From the IMG/VR virus record IMGVR_UViG_3300030372_002914, positions 865 through 64,864 of that record: DNA of 64,000 bases. The stretch is one strand, 5' to 3'. The notes under the pieces were generated by a model that was not told where the DNA came from, did no database searches, and saw only the letters and a program-made list of their open reading frames with translations. This stretch comes from a virus. Lineage: Duplodnaviria; Caudoviricetes. Below are positions 44,857 through 57,900 of this stretch, one piece after another. Made by a program: the position numbers and the translations under genes. Position 1 is the stretch's first letter. Every line of letters starts with the position of its first letter.

Positions 44857-46644
44857 ATGACTAATTATACAGTAACTAAATTCAAAATAATAGAAACTAT
44901 AGGTGACTCTATATTTAATAATAATATGGAGAAAGGTGGTACTTTAATTATAAAGCCTAAAAATAATTATGTTGTTTCAGCATCTGACTTTTCTATAAAT
45001 ACCTTACCAAATGACATAAGCTCCGTTGAGTTTTTTGATACAACTACTCCTGGTAAAATTGGAAACGAAGTTTATGTGTTTGCTGCATTAAAACCTGATT
45101 TTGTTCTTAGTAAAAATACTAAAATAAAACTAAGAATATTAGGTGATGCTAAAGTTTGGCGCGTAGAAGAGCAAAATATTGATATTAATATAAAATTAAT
45201 TGATGATAAAAATGTAAATGAGTTTGGGTCTGTTACAGTAACTAGCTTTGGTGACAATACAGTAGCAACAACTAATAATGTTGGTCGAGATGGAGTTTTA
45301 GATATTATTACAAGTATTATAAAAGGTAACGCAAAAAAAAATGTATCAACAAAAGTTGCAACGATATCAGTCGTGGCTAATGAAAATTATTTCTTTTCAA
45401 GTAAACCTTATTTAAAAAAACTTAATGTTAAAAACGTTTTATTAAAACAAACTAGCGTAACAAGGGATAGCAATAATAAAGCTACAGCATATTACTATGA
45501 TGTAATATTTAAAAGTAACGTTAACACATTTATCGAAGGTCAGCAACCTGTATTTATAGAGTATAAAGCCGTAGAACTACCAATAATAGAGAGTGAAATT
45601 ACACATGTAAGTTTCGGTGATACAATTGTTTCTGAATTAGGAGAAACTAGACCTATAAAAATATTTGGAACAGAAGGCGCTGAGTTCGACTTAACGATAA
45701 CTAAATCCAGTGATAGTGTAAGTTCTATTGTGAGCGGTAATACTAAAACATTTACTCCATATGGTACTATTAGTGCTATTAATAAAAAAATACCAATAAC
45801 ATCTTCAATTATAAAATCTGGTTTTTGTGAGTTTTTACAAGATTTCCCAATGAATATTACAGCAAGTACTACGCTAAGTGGTGCAATGTCTAATACGACA
45901 GCAATGAGTGTTACAAGTAACGCTGGTGTAGCGGTTGGTGATAGAGTCATAATGGGTCAAATAACAGGTGGTAAAATAATAAAGGTTACGGTACTAAACC
46001 CAGCTGGAGCAAATACACTTACTGTTTCAGGCAATATTACAGCTGGCAATAGTTCTAATGTAAAATTTATACGATCAGAAACGTATGATATAAATATATA
46101 CCCTAAATCAGGAACAACTTTAGGTTCTAATATAAATCAAATAAAACCTAATTTTACAATAAAACAACATATTAGCCCAACATTGAAATTGGCTTTAACG
46201 TCTTCTCATTGTACTAATCCAGGTAATGTTAAATACGTTGGTAGAGTAAATAAATTTGGTACAGAATTAAATACTATATCAGGTGCTGTTAGTGGGACGC
46301 ATGCAGTTGTTACTAATTATAGTACAAAAGATCGTTTTAAAATAACATATACTTTAGCAGCGACTAGTAGTATTTGGCGCGTTGCAGATGCTACTTTACC
46401 AAAATGGTCAAGTACTGATTCAACCGCTTCTAGTTGGACTAACTCCGTATATAAAGATACAGTTTCTAAATATGGAGCATCTACTGTAGCTGGGAATGGG
46501 GGTACACATATAGAGATATTCAATATAGCCGCAACTGGCGTAAGTAGCGGTACTTTAACTCTAACAATGGATGTAATAATTAAAAAATGGGGAACTGAAG
46601 ACGTTACTATGACTTTAGATTTAGACCCAGCTTATGACACTTAA
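44857..46644 (+). CDS. Tail-associated structural protein
   Basis: Thr/Ser/Asn/Gly-rich beta composition in the tail module. Confidence 0.55.
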   Translation: MTNYTVTKFKIIETIGDSIFNNNMEKGGTLIIKPKNNYVVSASDFSINTLPNDISSVEFFDTTTPGKIGNEVYVFAALKPDFVLSKNTKIKLRILGDAKVWRVEEQNIDINIKLIDDKNVNEFGSVTVTSFGDNTVATTNNVGRDGVLDIITSIIKGNAKKNVSTKVATISVVANENYFFSSKPYLKKLNVKNVLLKQTSVTRDSNNKATAYYYDVIFKSNVNTFIEGQQPVFIEYKAVELPIIESEITHVSFGDTIVSELGETRPIKIFGTEGAEFDLTITKSSDSVSSIVSGNTKTFTPYGTISAINKKIPITSSIIKSGFCEFLQDFPMNITASTTLSGAMSNTTAMSVTSNAGVAVGDRVIMGQITGGKIIKVTVLNPAGANTLTVSGNITAGNSSNVKFIRSETYDINIYPKSGTTLGSNINQIKPNFTIKQHISPTLKLALTSSHCTNPGNVKYVGRVNKFGTELNTISGAVSGTHAVVTNYSTKDRFKITYTLAATSSIWRVADATLPKWSSTDSTASSWTNSVYKDTVSKYGASTVAGNGGTHIEIFNIAATGVSSGTLTLTMDVIIKKWGTEDVTMTLDLDPAYDT

Positions 46645-46656
46645 AAATAATAAATT

Positions 46657-47085
46657 ATGCCAGATATAACAATGCAATTCGCAAGACAAGTATACCCATC
46701 TTTACAGATTGGTGACAAAGCGTATTATGCTATAATAAAGACTTCTGATGATGATGATTCTGTATTAGATGATATTAAAGGATTTAATATAAACGATCCT
46801 AGTGAAGATTACGTTGAAATAGGGAGTATAACCGCTATAACAGAAGCTTTTTTAGAAGATGGTGTAACACCAACTACTAGTATTACTATTAATGCAAATA
46901 GTAGTGTGGAACCTCCTACTACACAAAATTATATTTTCTTTAAAAAGAAATTTAGTAACTCGGGTTATGATCCTAATATGTCTTCTTTGTTAGGCTATTT
47001 TGGTTCTGCTAAATTTGAAAACAACTCTGAAGAAAAAGCAGAGCTGTATGCTACTAGCTGTGAAATATCAGAAAGTAGTAAATAA
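46657..47085 (+). CDS. Tail-associated protein
   Basis: SLQIGD.AYY...S.L.GYF..AKF.N.S..KAEL. Confidence 0.55.
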   Translation: MPDITMQFARQVYPSLQIGDKAYYAIIKTSDDDDSVLDDIKGFNINDPSEDYVEIGSITAITEAFLEDGVTPTTSITINANSSVEPPTTQNYIFFKKKFSNSGYDPNMSSLLGYFGSAKFENNSEEKAELYATSCEISESSK

Positions 47086-47096
47086 CCACTAAAAAA

Positions 47097-47109
47097 TGTA
47101 ATTATAATA
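47097..47109 (+). promoter_or_regulatory. Putative late promoter motif
   Basis: CTAAAAAA-TGTAATTATAATA upstream of the ejection protein genes. Confidence 0.65.
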
Positions 47110-47128
47110 TTAACAAATAAAGAACAAT

Positions 47129-47812
47129 ATGGACCCAATAACAGCATTAACTTTAGGAAAAGGTCTTTTTGATATAGGATCTAGTATTTTTAAAGGTAGG
47201 AAGGCGAGAAAACAAGAGAAAAAACAAAAAAGAATACTAAGAAAACAAAAAAGAAAGCAAAAAGAATTAGAAAATATTTATAAAAATATAGATACTAGTA
47301 ATCCATATTTGAACATGGAAAATACTATGGAAGACTTAACTGTTAATCAACAACAAGCTGATTTTGAAAGAGAATCGTTTCAACAAACTCAAGCTAATAT
47401 AATGGAAAATCTTAGAGGTGCGGCTGGAGGTAGTGGTATAGCTAGTTTAGCACAATCGCTAGCTCAACAAGGACAAATCCAAGCTCAAAAATCTTCAGCT
47501 AGTATAGGTCAGCAAGAAGCAGCTAATGAAAGAGCTCGTGCGGCTCAAGCTGGTCAAATACAATCAATGGAGAGACAAGGTGAAATAATGTCAAGAGATC
47601 AACAAAGAGATCAAACAGAAACTTTAATGGGATTACAATTACAAAAAATGGGTGGTACTAGCGAAAGATTAGCACAGGCTAGGCAAGCTAAAATGGATGC
47701 GGTATCATCAGGTATGAATGCTGGTTTGAACGCATTAACAGCTAATGTTGGTGGTATGGAGGGCGTTACCGCAGATACTTCCTGGCCCGATTTAGGATTT
47801 GGATCTGAATAA
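47129..47812 (+). CDS. Internal virion (ejection/DNA pilot) protein 1
   Basis: Gly/Ala amphipathic N-terminus MDPITALTLGKGL, basic stretch, Gln/Ala-rich helices. Confidence 0.7.
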   Translation: MDPITALTLGKGLFDIGSSIFKGRKARKQEKKQKRILRKQKRKQKELENIYKNIDTSNPYLNMENTMEDLTVNQQQADFERESFQQTQANIMENLRGAAGGSGIASLAQSLAQQGQIQAQKSSASIGQQEAANERARAAQAGQIQSMERQGEIMSRDQQRDQTETLMGLQLQKMGGTSERLAQARQAKMDAVSSGMNAGLNALTANVGGMEGVTADTSWPDLGFGSE

Positions 47813-47829
47813 ATTAATATTTTATAATT

Positions 47830-48900
47830 ATGGCAGAAGAAAAAATAGATAAAAGAGAAGCATCTAGACAATCGTTAATAAGCGCGGCAGCAGCAGCTGA
47901 AGGCGCTCAAACTAAAGCGCAGGCTAAAGGTATGGAAACTGGTGTTGGAACTTTTTTGAAAAGAAAAAAAGAATATGAAGAAAAGAAAAAAGAGTTTCAG
48001 GATTCAATGGAAGACGCTTTAGAGGTTGGTGAAAATGAAGAGCAAGATTTTAAAGATAAAATAGATCCTGAAGTAGTAGCGTTAAGAGAGGAATATATAT
48101 TAGCCGATACTCCTGCAGATCAAAATAATATAATGAATGATACTAAAAAAAGGGTAGAGGGAGAATTATCTGTAGTAGATGCTAAGAGCGAACTTGCTGA
48201 ATTAGCTTTAGACGAAATGGAGTTTGATGGAGATGATTTTATTTTCGATCAAATTAAAGAATTTACAGATGGTACTGGTACTTATGAGGTAAACCATGAT
48301 GGAAAGGTTGATCTAATTTTTAGTGATGGTAGTAAAATACCATTAAATCAATTTAAAAAAGAGATTAAAGCAAAAACAATAGATAGAGATAGTCAAAAAT
48401 CAATTACAGCTTTAGTAGACAATGTTACTGAACTTGCTGAAACTAGTGGTGGAGAATTTGATTATGCTAAGCATCAAAATAAAATAAATCAAATTATAAA
48501 TAATTCAGATGCTAGTTTACATTCTTTAGCTTCTCATAAACTAATTAATGGAAATTCTTTTAAAGATCACATGACTGAAGCTTTGTCTAAAGGTACTTAC
48601 GAGGATTTAGGTTTATCAACTGCAAAGGCTGAGGAACTAGATCCAACAAAGGAATCACCTATAACACCTGAAGATGCTATTAAAATAACACAAGCGCTAA
48701 TACAAGATAGCGATATGCTTAAAGAATATTTGGTAAAGTACTATACGGATGTTTTACAATTACAATATAATGTAAATTTACCAAAAGCACGAATCAACAC
48801 AAGTAAAAATACAGTAACAGCTGAAAATACTAATATTAATACCGATAATCAGAAAAAAGGACCGTTAAACATATACGATCCTAACACCACCACGCTTTAA
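47830..48900 (+). CDS. Internal virion (ejection) protein 2
   Basis: All-alpha acidic protein between ejection protein 1 and the giant protein. Confidence 0.6.
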   Translation: MAEEKIDKREASRQSLISAAAAAEGAQTKAQAKGMETGVGTFLKRKKEYEEKKKEFQDSMEDALEVGENEEQDFKDKIDPEVVALREEYILADTPADQNNIMNDTKKRVEGELSVVDAKSELAELALDEMEFDGDDFIFDQIKEFTDGTGTYEVNHDGKVDLIFSDGSKIPLNQFKKEIKAKTIDRDSQKSITALVDNVTELAETSGGEFDYAKHQNKINQIINNSDASLHSLASHKLINGNSFKDHMTEALSKGTYEDLGLSTAKAEELDPTKESPITPEDAIKITQALIQDSDMLKEYLVKYYTDVLQLQYNVNLPKARINTSKNTVTAENTNINTDNQKKGPLNIYDPNTTTL

Positions 48901-48936
48901 ATAAAGAATATAAACACGGGTAACTAACGAAACAGT

Positions 48937-51900
48937 ATGGACTTTGGAAAACACTTTGGAAAATTAGGTAAAATATTTAAATTATCTGATGGTAAATTAA
49001 TGACAATTTTGCCAGAAAATGAAAATCATTTTTTAAATCAATTAAAAGAAAAAGGTTTAAAGGCAACTTTAATGCTAGATTCAACTACTAATTTTGATGA
49101 AGTAAAAGGTTATACTAAAAAAACTACTGTATCTAAAGAAAAAGAAGAAAAAACTCAACCGGTAGATTTAACTATAAATCAAGAAGTTAAAACAGATCTA
49201 CCTCCCCCTATTAATTCATATAAATATAACAATCAAGAATACGTAAAATTAAAAACACCTAAAGAAGGTAAGGAGTATTTTGTTTTAAAAAGTGTAGCTG
49301 AAGAATTAGGTTATACTTTTGAAAACATTGATGGCGAGTACGAAAACATACCTACTATTAAAAACACAGATGACTTTATTAAAATACAAGACACTAACTA
49401 TCTTGAAGCAACTAAAGGTAATGAGCTGTTATTTGATAAATATGAAGAAGATTTTGATATTGAGCTTGAGCCTTCAAGCCAAATTGAAGATGAAATAGCA
49501 CCTGATGGGTCAGTTGAAGACTACATAATAGGTGATGGCTTTGATTTTTCAATACAAACTCCAGATAAAATTTTAACATACGAAAATGCTGCTGATTGGT
49601 TTAATTATAGATCTGAATTAGCTAATTATCCTTTTAAAGAAGAAATTATTTCGGAGCAAGGTTTTTTGGAATATACTGAATATAGTGTTTTGGATGATGA
49701 AACAGAAATTACGCCTGAAGGAGCATATTTTAAAAGTGGTTATTTATCAAAAGAAATATTTGGAACTATAAACACTTGGGATGAAAAAACTCATCTTAGA
49801 AACAAAGAAGTAAAAGAAAAAATATTTGCAGGAACTCATGGTTATAACCCTGCAACAGATACGTTATATAAATTATCTAAACCTGTAAAAGTTGATGAAG
49901 CTTCAAAATTATATGCTTTTCATAACCAAACAGAGTTTGTTGATTATGATAAATTTGTTGAGAAGGAAAACACAAAAACTATAGATTTACCACTTGTTCA
50001 AGACTACTTTTCTTCACCTAATGCAATACCAATATCATCTACCGCAAGTGTAGAATATCAAAAGAAACTTATAGATAGCATGGTATTAGATAAAAACGGC
50101 CAAGCAGCAGTTTTTGATGAGCGTTTATTTAATTTATCTTCATCTAATTTTGTAGAAACCGCTAGTGGTTTGTTAATGAAAAGTGGATTTTATATAAACC
50201 AAGGGGGTAAAGGTGTTGAAATTTATTCCCAAGATTACTATGAACATTTGTTAGAAGAAGAATTAAAACGTGTTGATAAAGAATTAGAAGATTTAGGTCC
50301 AAAGCCAACTTTTAGCAGTGCAGGTTTTTCAGTTAGAAATGCAACAACTCTTGATCAATTCGAAAAAATTTTAAATGATTATAATAAAAAATTAGAACCA
50401 TTACTTGAACAGAAAGAAAGTGCTAAGAAAAGAATGGAAGAAAAAGCTACTTTAAGTGTAAACACTTTAAATTATAATATTGAAGACGTAAGAGAGGCTG
50501 TTACAAAATTTAACAATTTTTTAAATACCGCAGGACAATATCATGACGCAGATATTGATACTTGGACTGAAAATTATATAGAGTTTGCTAAAACCAGAAT
50601 TACGAAGGAAGACAAAAAAGAAGCACATTTGAGAGTTGCGGGTGCATATGATTACATTGAATTATTACGTAAAGATTCTTTAACATACGAAATGATGATA
50701 AGCATGAGGATGTCACCTGATGAAATAATATCACTTGTGGAAAATGCTGATGAAAAAACAAAATCTCAAATTAATCGAGATATATTAGAAGTGTACGACC
50801 TTTTAACTGGCCCAGATGTAACAGTTACAGACGCGGAGCTATTAGATTTTTTAGATAGAACTAAACAAATGGAAAAAACCGAAGCAGGTTTTATACTCAA
50901 CGTGCTTAATACATCTATACTAGATCTTGAAAAAGACCACGTTAAAGAAGCTAGAAAAGAACACGCAAAGACATATTTTCCTAATTTAACTCAATCTAGT
51001 ATATTTGAAGACTACACAACGAGAGACGAAGAACTTTTGTATTTAAAATATGGTAGTAGTTATGATGAAAATAAAGCGCTAGCAATTCTTGAACTACAAT
51101 ATCCTGATGGTTTTCCTATTGATTCTACAAAATCAATAAAAATAGATGATGATCTTAGCCAACCTGATAGAGAAGCTATAATTAATACTGATAAATTTAA
51201 AAATTTAGTTAAATCGTTATATGAGACAGAGGGTTATTTAGAAGATAAAAAAAGCGAAGTAGACAAGCAAATGCGTGTAGATAAAGATCTTGAACTATTA
51301 AAATACGCATTAAACGAAGAGGCCACGAAGTTTTCAGCTAAGTTTTTTAGTGAAGGTAAATTAATTGATAATGTTAGCGATGATATAGATTTACAATTAG
51401 AAAATATTGGTGTAGAAAAAGCAAAGATAATTTATCAAATGAATGCAATAGAGGGAACTATGGGAGAACTCACGGTTAACCTTAAAGATTTGGAAGAAGA
51501 AATAAAATACTTTGATAAAAACATGGAAGTTGAAATAGAAAAGATAATGGAAAAATATAATATTGATCCAGAATCTCCAGGCGCGATGGATATGCTTAAA
51601 AAAAATCCAAAAGCTGTAGATGAGTTCAATGGGTTGGGATTGGCAAGAAACAGTCTTTTAAATCAATATAATTTATTGGCAACTGAAACAATACCTACTT
51701 ACGAGAAGTTAAAAGAAGAAATAACACAGGAATATATGACTATATTAAGTACTGAAGATGAGTATGCTTTAGCTAAGAATATAGCAGATAGAAAGCACGC
51801 TACAGGAACTTACTATGCTACAATGTTTGGTACATCTGTATTTGATATTTTTTATGGATCAGCTGCTGCTATTGCGTCTTCTGGATCTAGAACATTACAA

Positions 51901-54900
51901 ACACTAGGTGGTTTCGAGAAAGGTAGTATAGGTTATAGTTTACTACAAGACGTAGCTGAGTTTGGTGATTGGCTAGGAGATGATGTTGACAAAAAAGTTC
52001 AAAGATGGAACAATAGTTTAAGTTTGTCTACTAGATGGGAAGATGTTGATGACGCAGGATCAGCAGTAGATTATTTATTTACTGGATTTACTCAAAACGT
52101 ACCTTATGTTCTGATGATGATAGGTTCTGGTGGTATTGGTGGAGTGAGAGGTGCTACAGCGTTAATGGGTACTATTGCTTATGCTGACGATTTTGATCAA
52201 AAGTACAAAATGAACGAACTTTGGATAGAAAGTGGTGGTATGTATGGACAAGAATTTAGTTTCTTTGAAATGTTTAGTAGTGCTTTAGTATCTGGCGCGG
52301 CTGAAACGTTTTTTGAAAGAGTTTCTTTTGGTCAATTAAAAGCATTAGGTTATTTTGGTAAAACTGGACCAAGATCAATGAAGAATGCTAAAGAAGGTAT
52401 GAAAAAATCTATAAATAAAACATGTAAGTTAGATGTTTCTGAAGGTGGTAGATTAGACCTTTTAAGCAAAGCGTTAAAATATCCTAAAAATTTTGCGTCG
52501 GAAGGTTTTTCTGAGTTTATGACTGAATTTTCTAATAACTTTATGGACGTTATGATTGGTGTTGAAGGTGTTAGCATAGCAGATGGTTTAGACGAGGCAT
52601 TTATAAATGGTGCTTTTTTGTCGTCTATGTTACACGCCCCTGCAATGTTTAAAAAACCTTTTTTAGATGCATTTATATCCCCTGAAACAAATCAAAGGTT
52701 AGCTCAACAGAGTGAAAAAGTACAAAAATTAATGATACAGCTTAATGACGCATCAGTATCTACAAAACAAAAAGAAAAAATTGAAAAAGAAATAGAGCAA
52801 ATTGGTTTAGATATTAATCAAGCGTTAAGTAAAGATTTGTTTAAAGTAGATTTAATGACTAATGAGCAAAAACGTGAGTTACTTGATATACACCAAAAAG
52901 ATATAGATGCTAGAAAAAGAGTAACAGAAATAAATTCAGATAAAAGTTTAACTTCAGAGCAGAAAGCTCAAAAATTAATAGCTATAACAAATGGTATTAA
53001 TAAAAGAGCTGTTGAAAAGAATAAGTTATTAGCTACAGTAGATCCTAAAAAAGCTGAAGAACAGTATCAAAAATCTATGAATTATCATAATGATTTAGTA
53101 GCAATAAGTGTTGGTAAAATTGAAGTAGACATTATAGAAACAAATACTGACGAACAATTTGTTGAAGCTGGAATGGATAATTTAGATAAAATAGTAGAAG
53201 AAACATCTAAAAGTGAGGCAGCTTTAGAAGAAATTGAAAATGATATAAATGATTCTAAACAAAAAATAATTGATGCAAAAACAACAAAAGAAAATATAAA
53301 GATAAATTCAAAAAATAAAAACAAAGATGTTAACACTGATATAAAAGATATAGAACTTGAATCTAATAAAAAAATTGATGAAGCTAATAAAGAAATTAAT
53401 GATACTTTAAATAAAGAAAACTTATCTACAAAACAAAAAGAAAGTGCGGTAAATAGATTAAAGAATAATATTAAAGATTTAATCAATGAAAAAGTTGATA
53501 AAATAAAAGCTAAAAAACTTGAAAAGAAACAAATAAGAGAAGATAGACAAAATAATATTAAAGAACAAAATGATATTATTAATAAAGAGAAAAAGAATAA
53601 ACAAGAAGCTGAAGATGCATTAGCGATAAATGGTTCTCTTGAAACAAACGTTAGAATAGGTGGAAATATTTTAAATACTAATGCGTATGGTAAAATGGTG
53701 CCTATATACGATGGTAAAACTGGAGAAATAGTAAAATTAAAAGTAGTTATAAATAAACAAAAAGCTATAAAAGATGGAGTGTGGACTACAGTAGCACATG
53801 AATTTACACATGCTTTATTTGCTAATACTTTAAAGTCTGATTCTAAAATGCGAGAAGTATTAGGTGAATCAATGGCTGAAATGTTATCTAAAGGTAACTT
53901 AAAATTTAAAGATGGAACAGCTGAAAGTTTATTTTTTGCTAGAGTTGCGGGTTATGATGCTAATAAACAAGGCGAAGAAGCGTTAGCTATTGCGGCAGAG
54001 ATGTTGGTAAAAGGTGATTTAACTATAAAAGAAGGCATATTAAGCAAACTGGGTAACATGTTCAGAAGATGGTCTATGAACAGATACGGCTACGATTATA
54101 AATTTGATTCTACTAAAGATATAGAAAACTTTTTAAAAGACTACAGCTACTCTATTAAAAAACATAAACCTACTAAAGCTTTAGCTAATTTATTAGAAAA
54201 AGGCGCTGAGGGTAAAATGTTTAAAAACGCTAAAACACCTAAAGACAAGAGAGACTTACAAATGTATTACCAAGCCTCTAGCAATTGGATGGCTAGTAAT
54301 CCGGAGATCGTAAATAAATACGATAAGCATACTAGAAACGAGGATGGTTCTAAAAAATATAATAATAAGAAAGAGTGGAAAGAAAGGGGTGAAGTTGATA
54401 ATGTTGCTATATGGCAATATATTATGGAATCTGGTAAAAACTCTTTAGATAGTAGAATATTAGAAGAACAGGGCGATTTTGATCCTAAAGGTTTACCTAG
54501 AGAGGTACAGCAAGATTATATAAGAAAAGTAAAAGAAAATCTTCAAGATAGATGGTTAAAAAACTTTGATCCTAAGGAAAACGAAAGTGCAGCAGGTTAT
54601 TTGTTTGGAAAAAATGGTATATTATATTATGCAAAACAAGATGTTCAAAAAGATTACGTTGAAAAAGAAGGTGGTACAGATAAGCGATCTATAGATAGAC
54701 AAACATCTGATGGGCAAAGTTATGCTGACGTTATAGCTGCTGAAAAAGATAGTGCATTAGATAGAATAGATAATGCTGATTTATCAAAACAAGAAACTAA
54801 AGAACTTAAAAATACTGTTGATGATTTAATAATGGTAATAGAAATGTTAGATTTACCTAACAACACAAAAACAGTAATAAAGCAAACTATAGCAACCGCA

Positions 54901-57900
54901 TCTATACCATTAGATGGTTTAACTTATAAAAGTATTAAAAAGTTATTAATAGAAAAAGAGTTTGATCCTAACGTAAAAAATGAAAAAGGAGAACAAAAAA
55001 AATCATCAGAAGCTGTAATACCAACAGGTCCGTTATTTGAAATATTGAATGCTATATCAGCAGAATTTGGTGTTGATCCACTTAGAATATTAGCTTTACA
55101 AAATTTAGATGGAACGCAAAGAGAAGCTGCACAAAAATATATATTTACTAAATCAGTAAACGAAGACGGTTCATTTAATCCTAGAATTTTTGAAGCATTA
55201 CCAGAAGGTCAAGATCGAGATGGTAGAGCAGTTGGTATTTCTAAATCATTATTAGAAGCGTTTTACATTAAAAGCGGAAGAGTGAAAGTTGGTGAAGGAG
55301 CTAAGAAAAAGCTAGGACAAAAAGCAGCGCAAAATAAAAGAAAAAACGTAACTAAAGAACAATTTTTAGCCACGTTTGGTATAAATCCAGATGGTACGTT
55401 TCAATCAGGTACTGATGCTGACGGAGCTATTAGGGAGTTAATTATACAAATGTCTCAATTAGCTGCTAACCAAGAAATGAGACTAAACGCTATAGAAAAT
55501 AAATTAGAGTCAGCAAACATTATAGCTAAATTAAAAGATGGCACGTCGGAGGTTATGTATAATAAAGTAACTCCTAATGAAAGTCAAGCTAAACAAATAG
55601 GTCAGAAACTCAAAGAAATGTCTCAGACAGATTTATATGCGGTATACGACAGGGTAAGAGCTACAATGGATATACAAGAAGTTGGTAAAGATTCAAGAAT
55701 AAAAGATTTAGGTCAAATATTTGATGAGACTATAGCCTCAAGATATAATAAAGATATAACACAGGGCCAGCATTTAGATAACATAATTAATAGCTTTTTA
55801 GAAACAAATCCTGAATTTTATGATTTAATAATAAACAATAGCACTGGTAATATACAGCGTAGCGTTTATGGTGCTAAGCCGTTTTTTGAAAGTAGAATAA
55901 ACGAAAAACGTGGTAATCAAAAATACAAAAAAAGAAATGCTATATCTGCATCAAATAAACAGGGAGTACGAGTTCAAAATAAAGATTTCATTAAAGAATA
56001 TAATATTAAAGATGGTAAAGAAAGATTAAATATTTTATATCGTTTTGGAAAAGTTTGGGAATCACGTCTTAAAACTGGTAAAAACCCAAAACCGAATGAT
56101 GCTTGGGTTTTAGCTGCTATAATAAATGATACTGTTAATAATCAAAATGGTGGATTTTCTAGAATAAATATACCTTTTAATTTTATCATAAAAAACCCTG
56201 ACGGATCAATTGATATAAACACTCAAGTTATAGAAGAACATTCTACTCCTCAAAAACTAATTGCAACCTTAATATATGAGGGCGCTAGAACTGGTACTTT
56301 AGATAAAATTTGGCCAGTTATAGAAGCTGTAGCGTCCCAAGGTAATTTATCGCATGCTGATGATACTACTGTAGGTGTTAATTATGGCAAAACAATGCCT
56401 GATGTATTTTGGAGCGAGGTTGTACCTTTAATAGTTAGTGGTAAACTTAAATTAGATCAAGGTTTAGTATCCGTTATAAGATATGCTGTACCTCATAAAA
56501 TGAAAGATGGTACTACTGAATATATTAATTTAAATAAATATACTTGGCTTAGTAATGGTAAAACTATAACAGAAATGTTTGGTGTAAATGTAAAAGGAGA
56601 ATTAACAGATTCTATTGTTCAGTTTCAAAATGAACTTATAGTTTTACAATTAACTGGTAAAATAACTAAAGCTGAAGCTAAACAAGCTATACAAGATTTA
56701 AATGTGGATGGTTTAAGAAAGTTAGATAAAACTAAACAAACTAGTATTGTTAGAAATAAACTAGTAGCACTTAGCAATAATATTATGTATAGCAAACCCG
56801 TTGAAGTTAAAGGTATGTCTACTTTTGACTTTGATGATACTTTAGCAAGGACAAAATCAGGCGTTAGATATAGAATTAAAAATGATACAGGATTACCAGC
56901 TACTAGTAGAAAAGTTATATTCTTAGCAGGTAGTGCTGGTAGTGGCAAATCTAATGTTGTAAGGCAATTAGGTTTAGAAGGTCAAGGTTATAAAATGGTT
57001 AATCAAGATATTTCGCTAGAATGGTTAGCTAAGAACAGCGGATTGCCTACTGACATGAGAGACTTTACACCAGAGCAAATGAGTAAATGGGGTAGTTTAC
57101 AATGGGAGGCTAGAGATATAGCACAACGTAAAGCTACTAAATTTAAAGGAAGAGGTGATGGTGTTGTGGTAGACGGGACTGGCGCAAGTACTGTATCAAT
57201 GTTTACTCAGATGCAAAAATACAAAGATGCTGGATATGACGTTCAAATGTTATACGTAGAAAGTTCTTTAGAAACAGCATTAGAAAGAAATAAAGCTAGA
57301 AAAGAAAGATCATTAAAAGATTTTATTGTTGAACGTAATTGGAAGGCTGTACAAAAAAATAAAAAAGCATTTAAAGAAGAATTTGGTAATAACTTTGCAG
57401 AGGTAAATACTGACAATTTAAAACAAGGAGATCCAATGCCTACAGATCTTGTAAACAAGATAAATGACTTTTCAAATGGTTATATCAAAGGTAGATTAAC
57501 GGCTGAAGAGTTTGCTAGTCAAGGTAATACTTTATTAGAAAAAGGAGCTGAGTTTGATTTCTCAGAATTTAATAAAGTTGTAGATGGCACGCCAGGTCCG
57601 TTACTTGAAAAAGCTAGAAATAGAGCTAATAAGTTTGGAACAAAAGATATGTTTGTTTTAACAGCTAGACCAGCTCAATCAGCGTTTGCCATACAGCAAT
57701 TTTTAAAAGGACAAGGTTTAGATATACCTATAGAAAATATAACTGGTTTAGGTAATAGTACTGGAGATGCTAAAGCTCAATGGATGTTAGATAAATTTGC
57801 TGAAGGTTATAATGATATGTATTTTGTTGATGACGCTTTACAGAACGTTGAAGCGGTTCAAGCCGTATTAGGTCAACTTGATATAAAATCAAATGTTGTA

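Noticed and set aside
56900-57480. Zeta toxin of a toxin-antitoxin system
   Set aside because: It is an in-frame insertion inside a structural-module protein with no adjacent antitoxin gene
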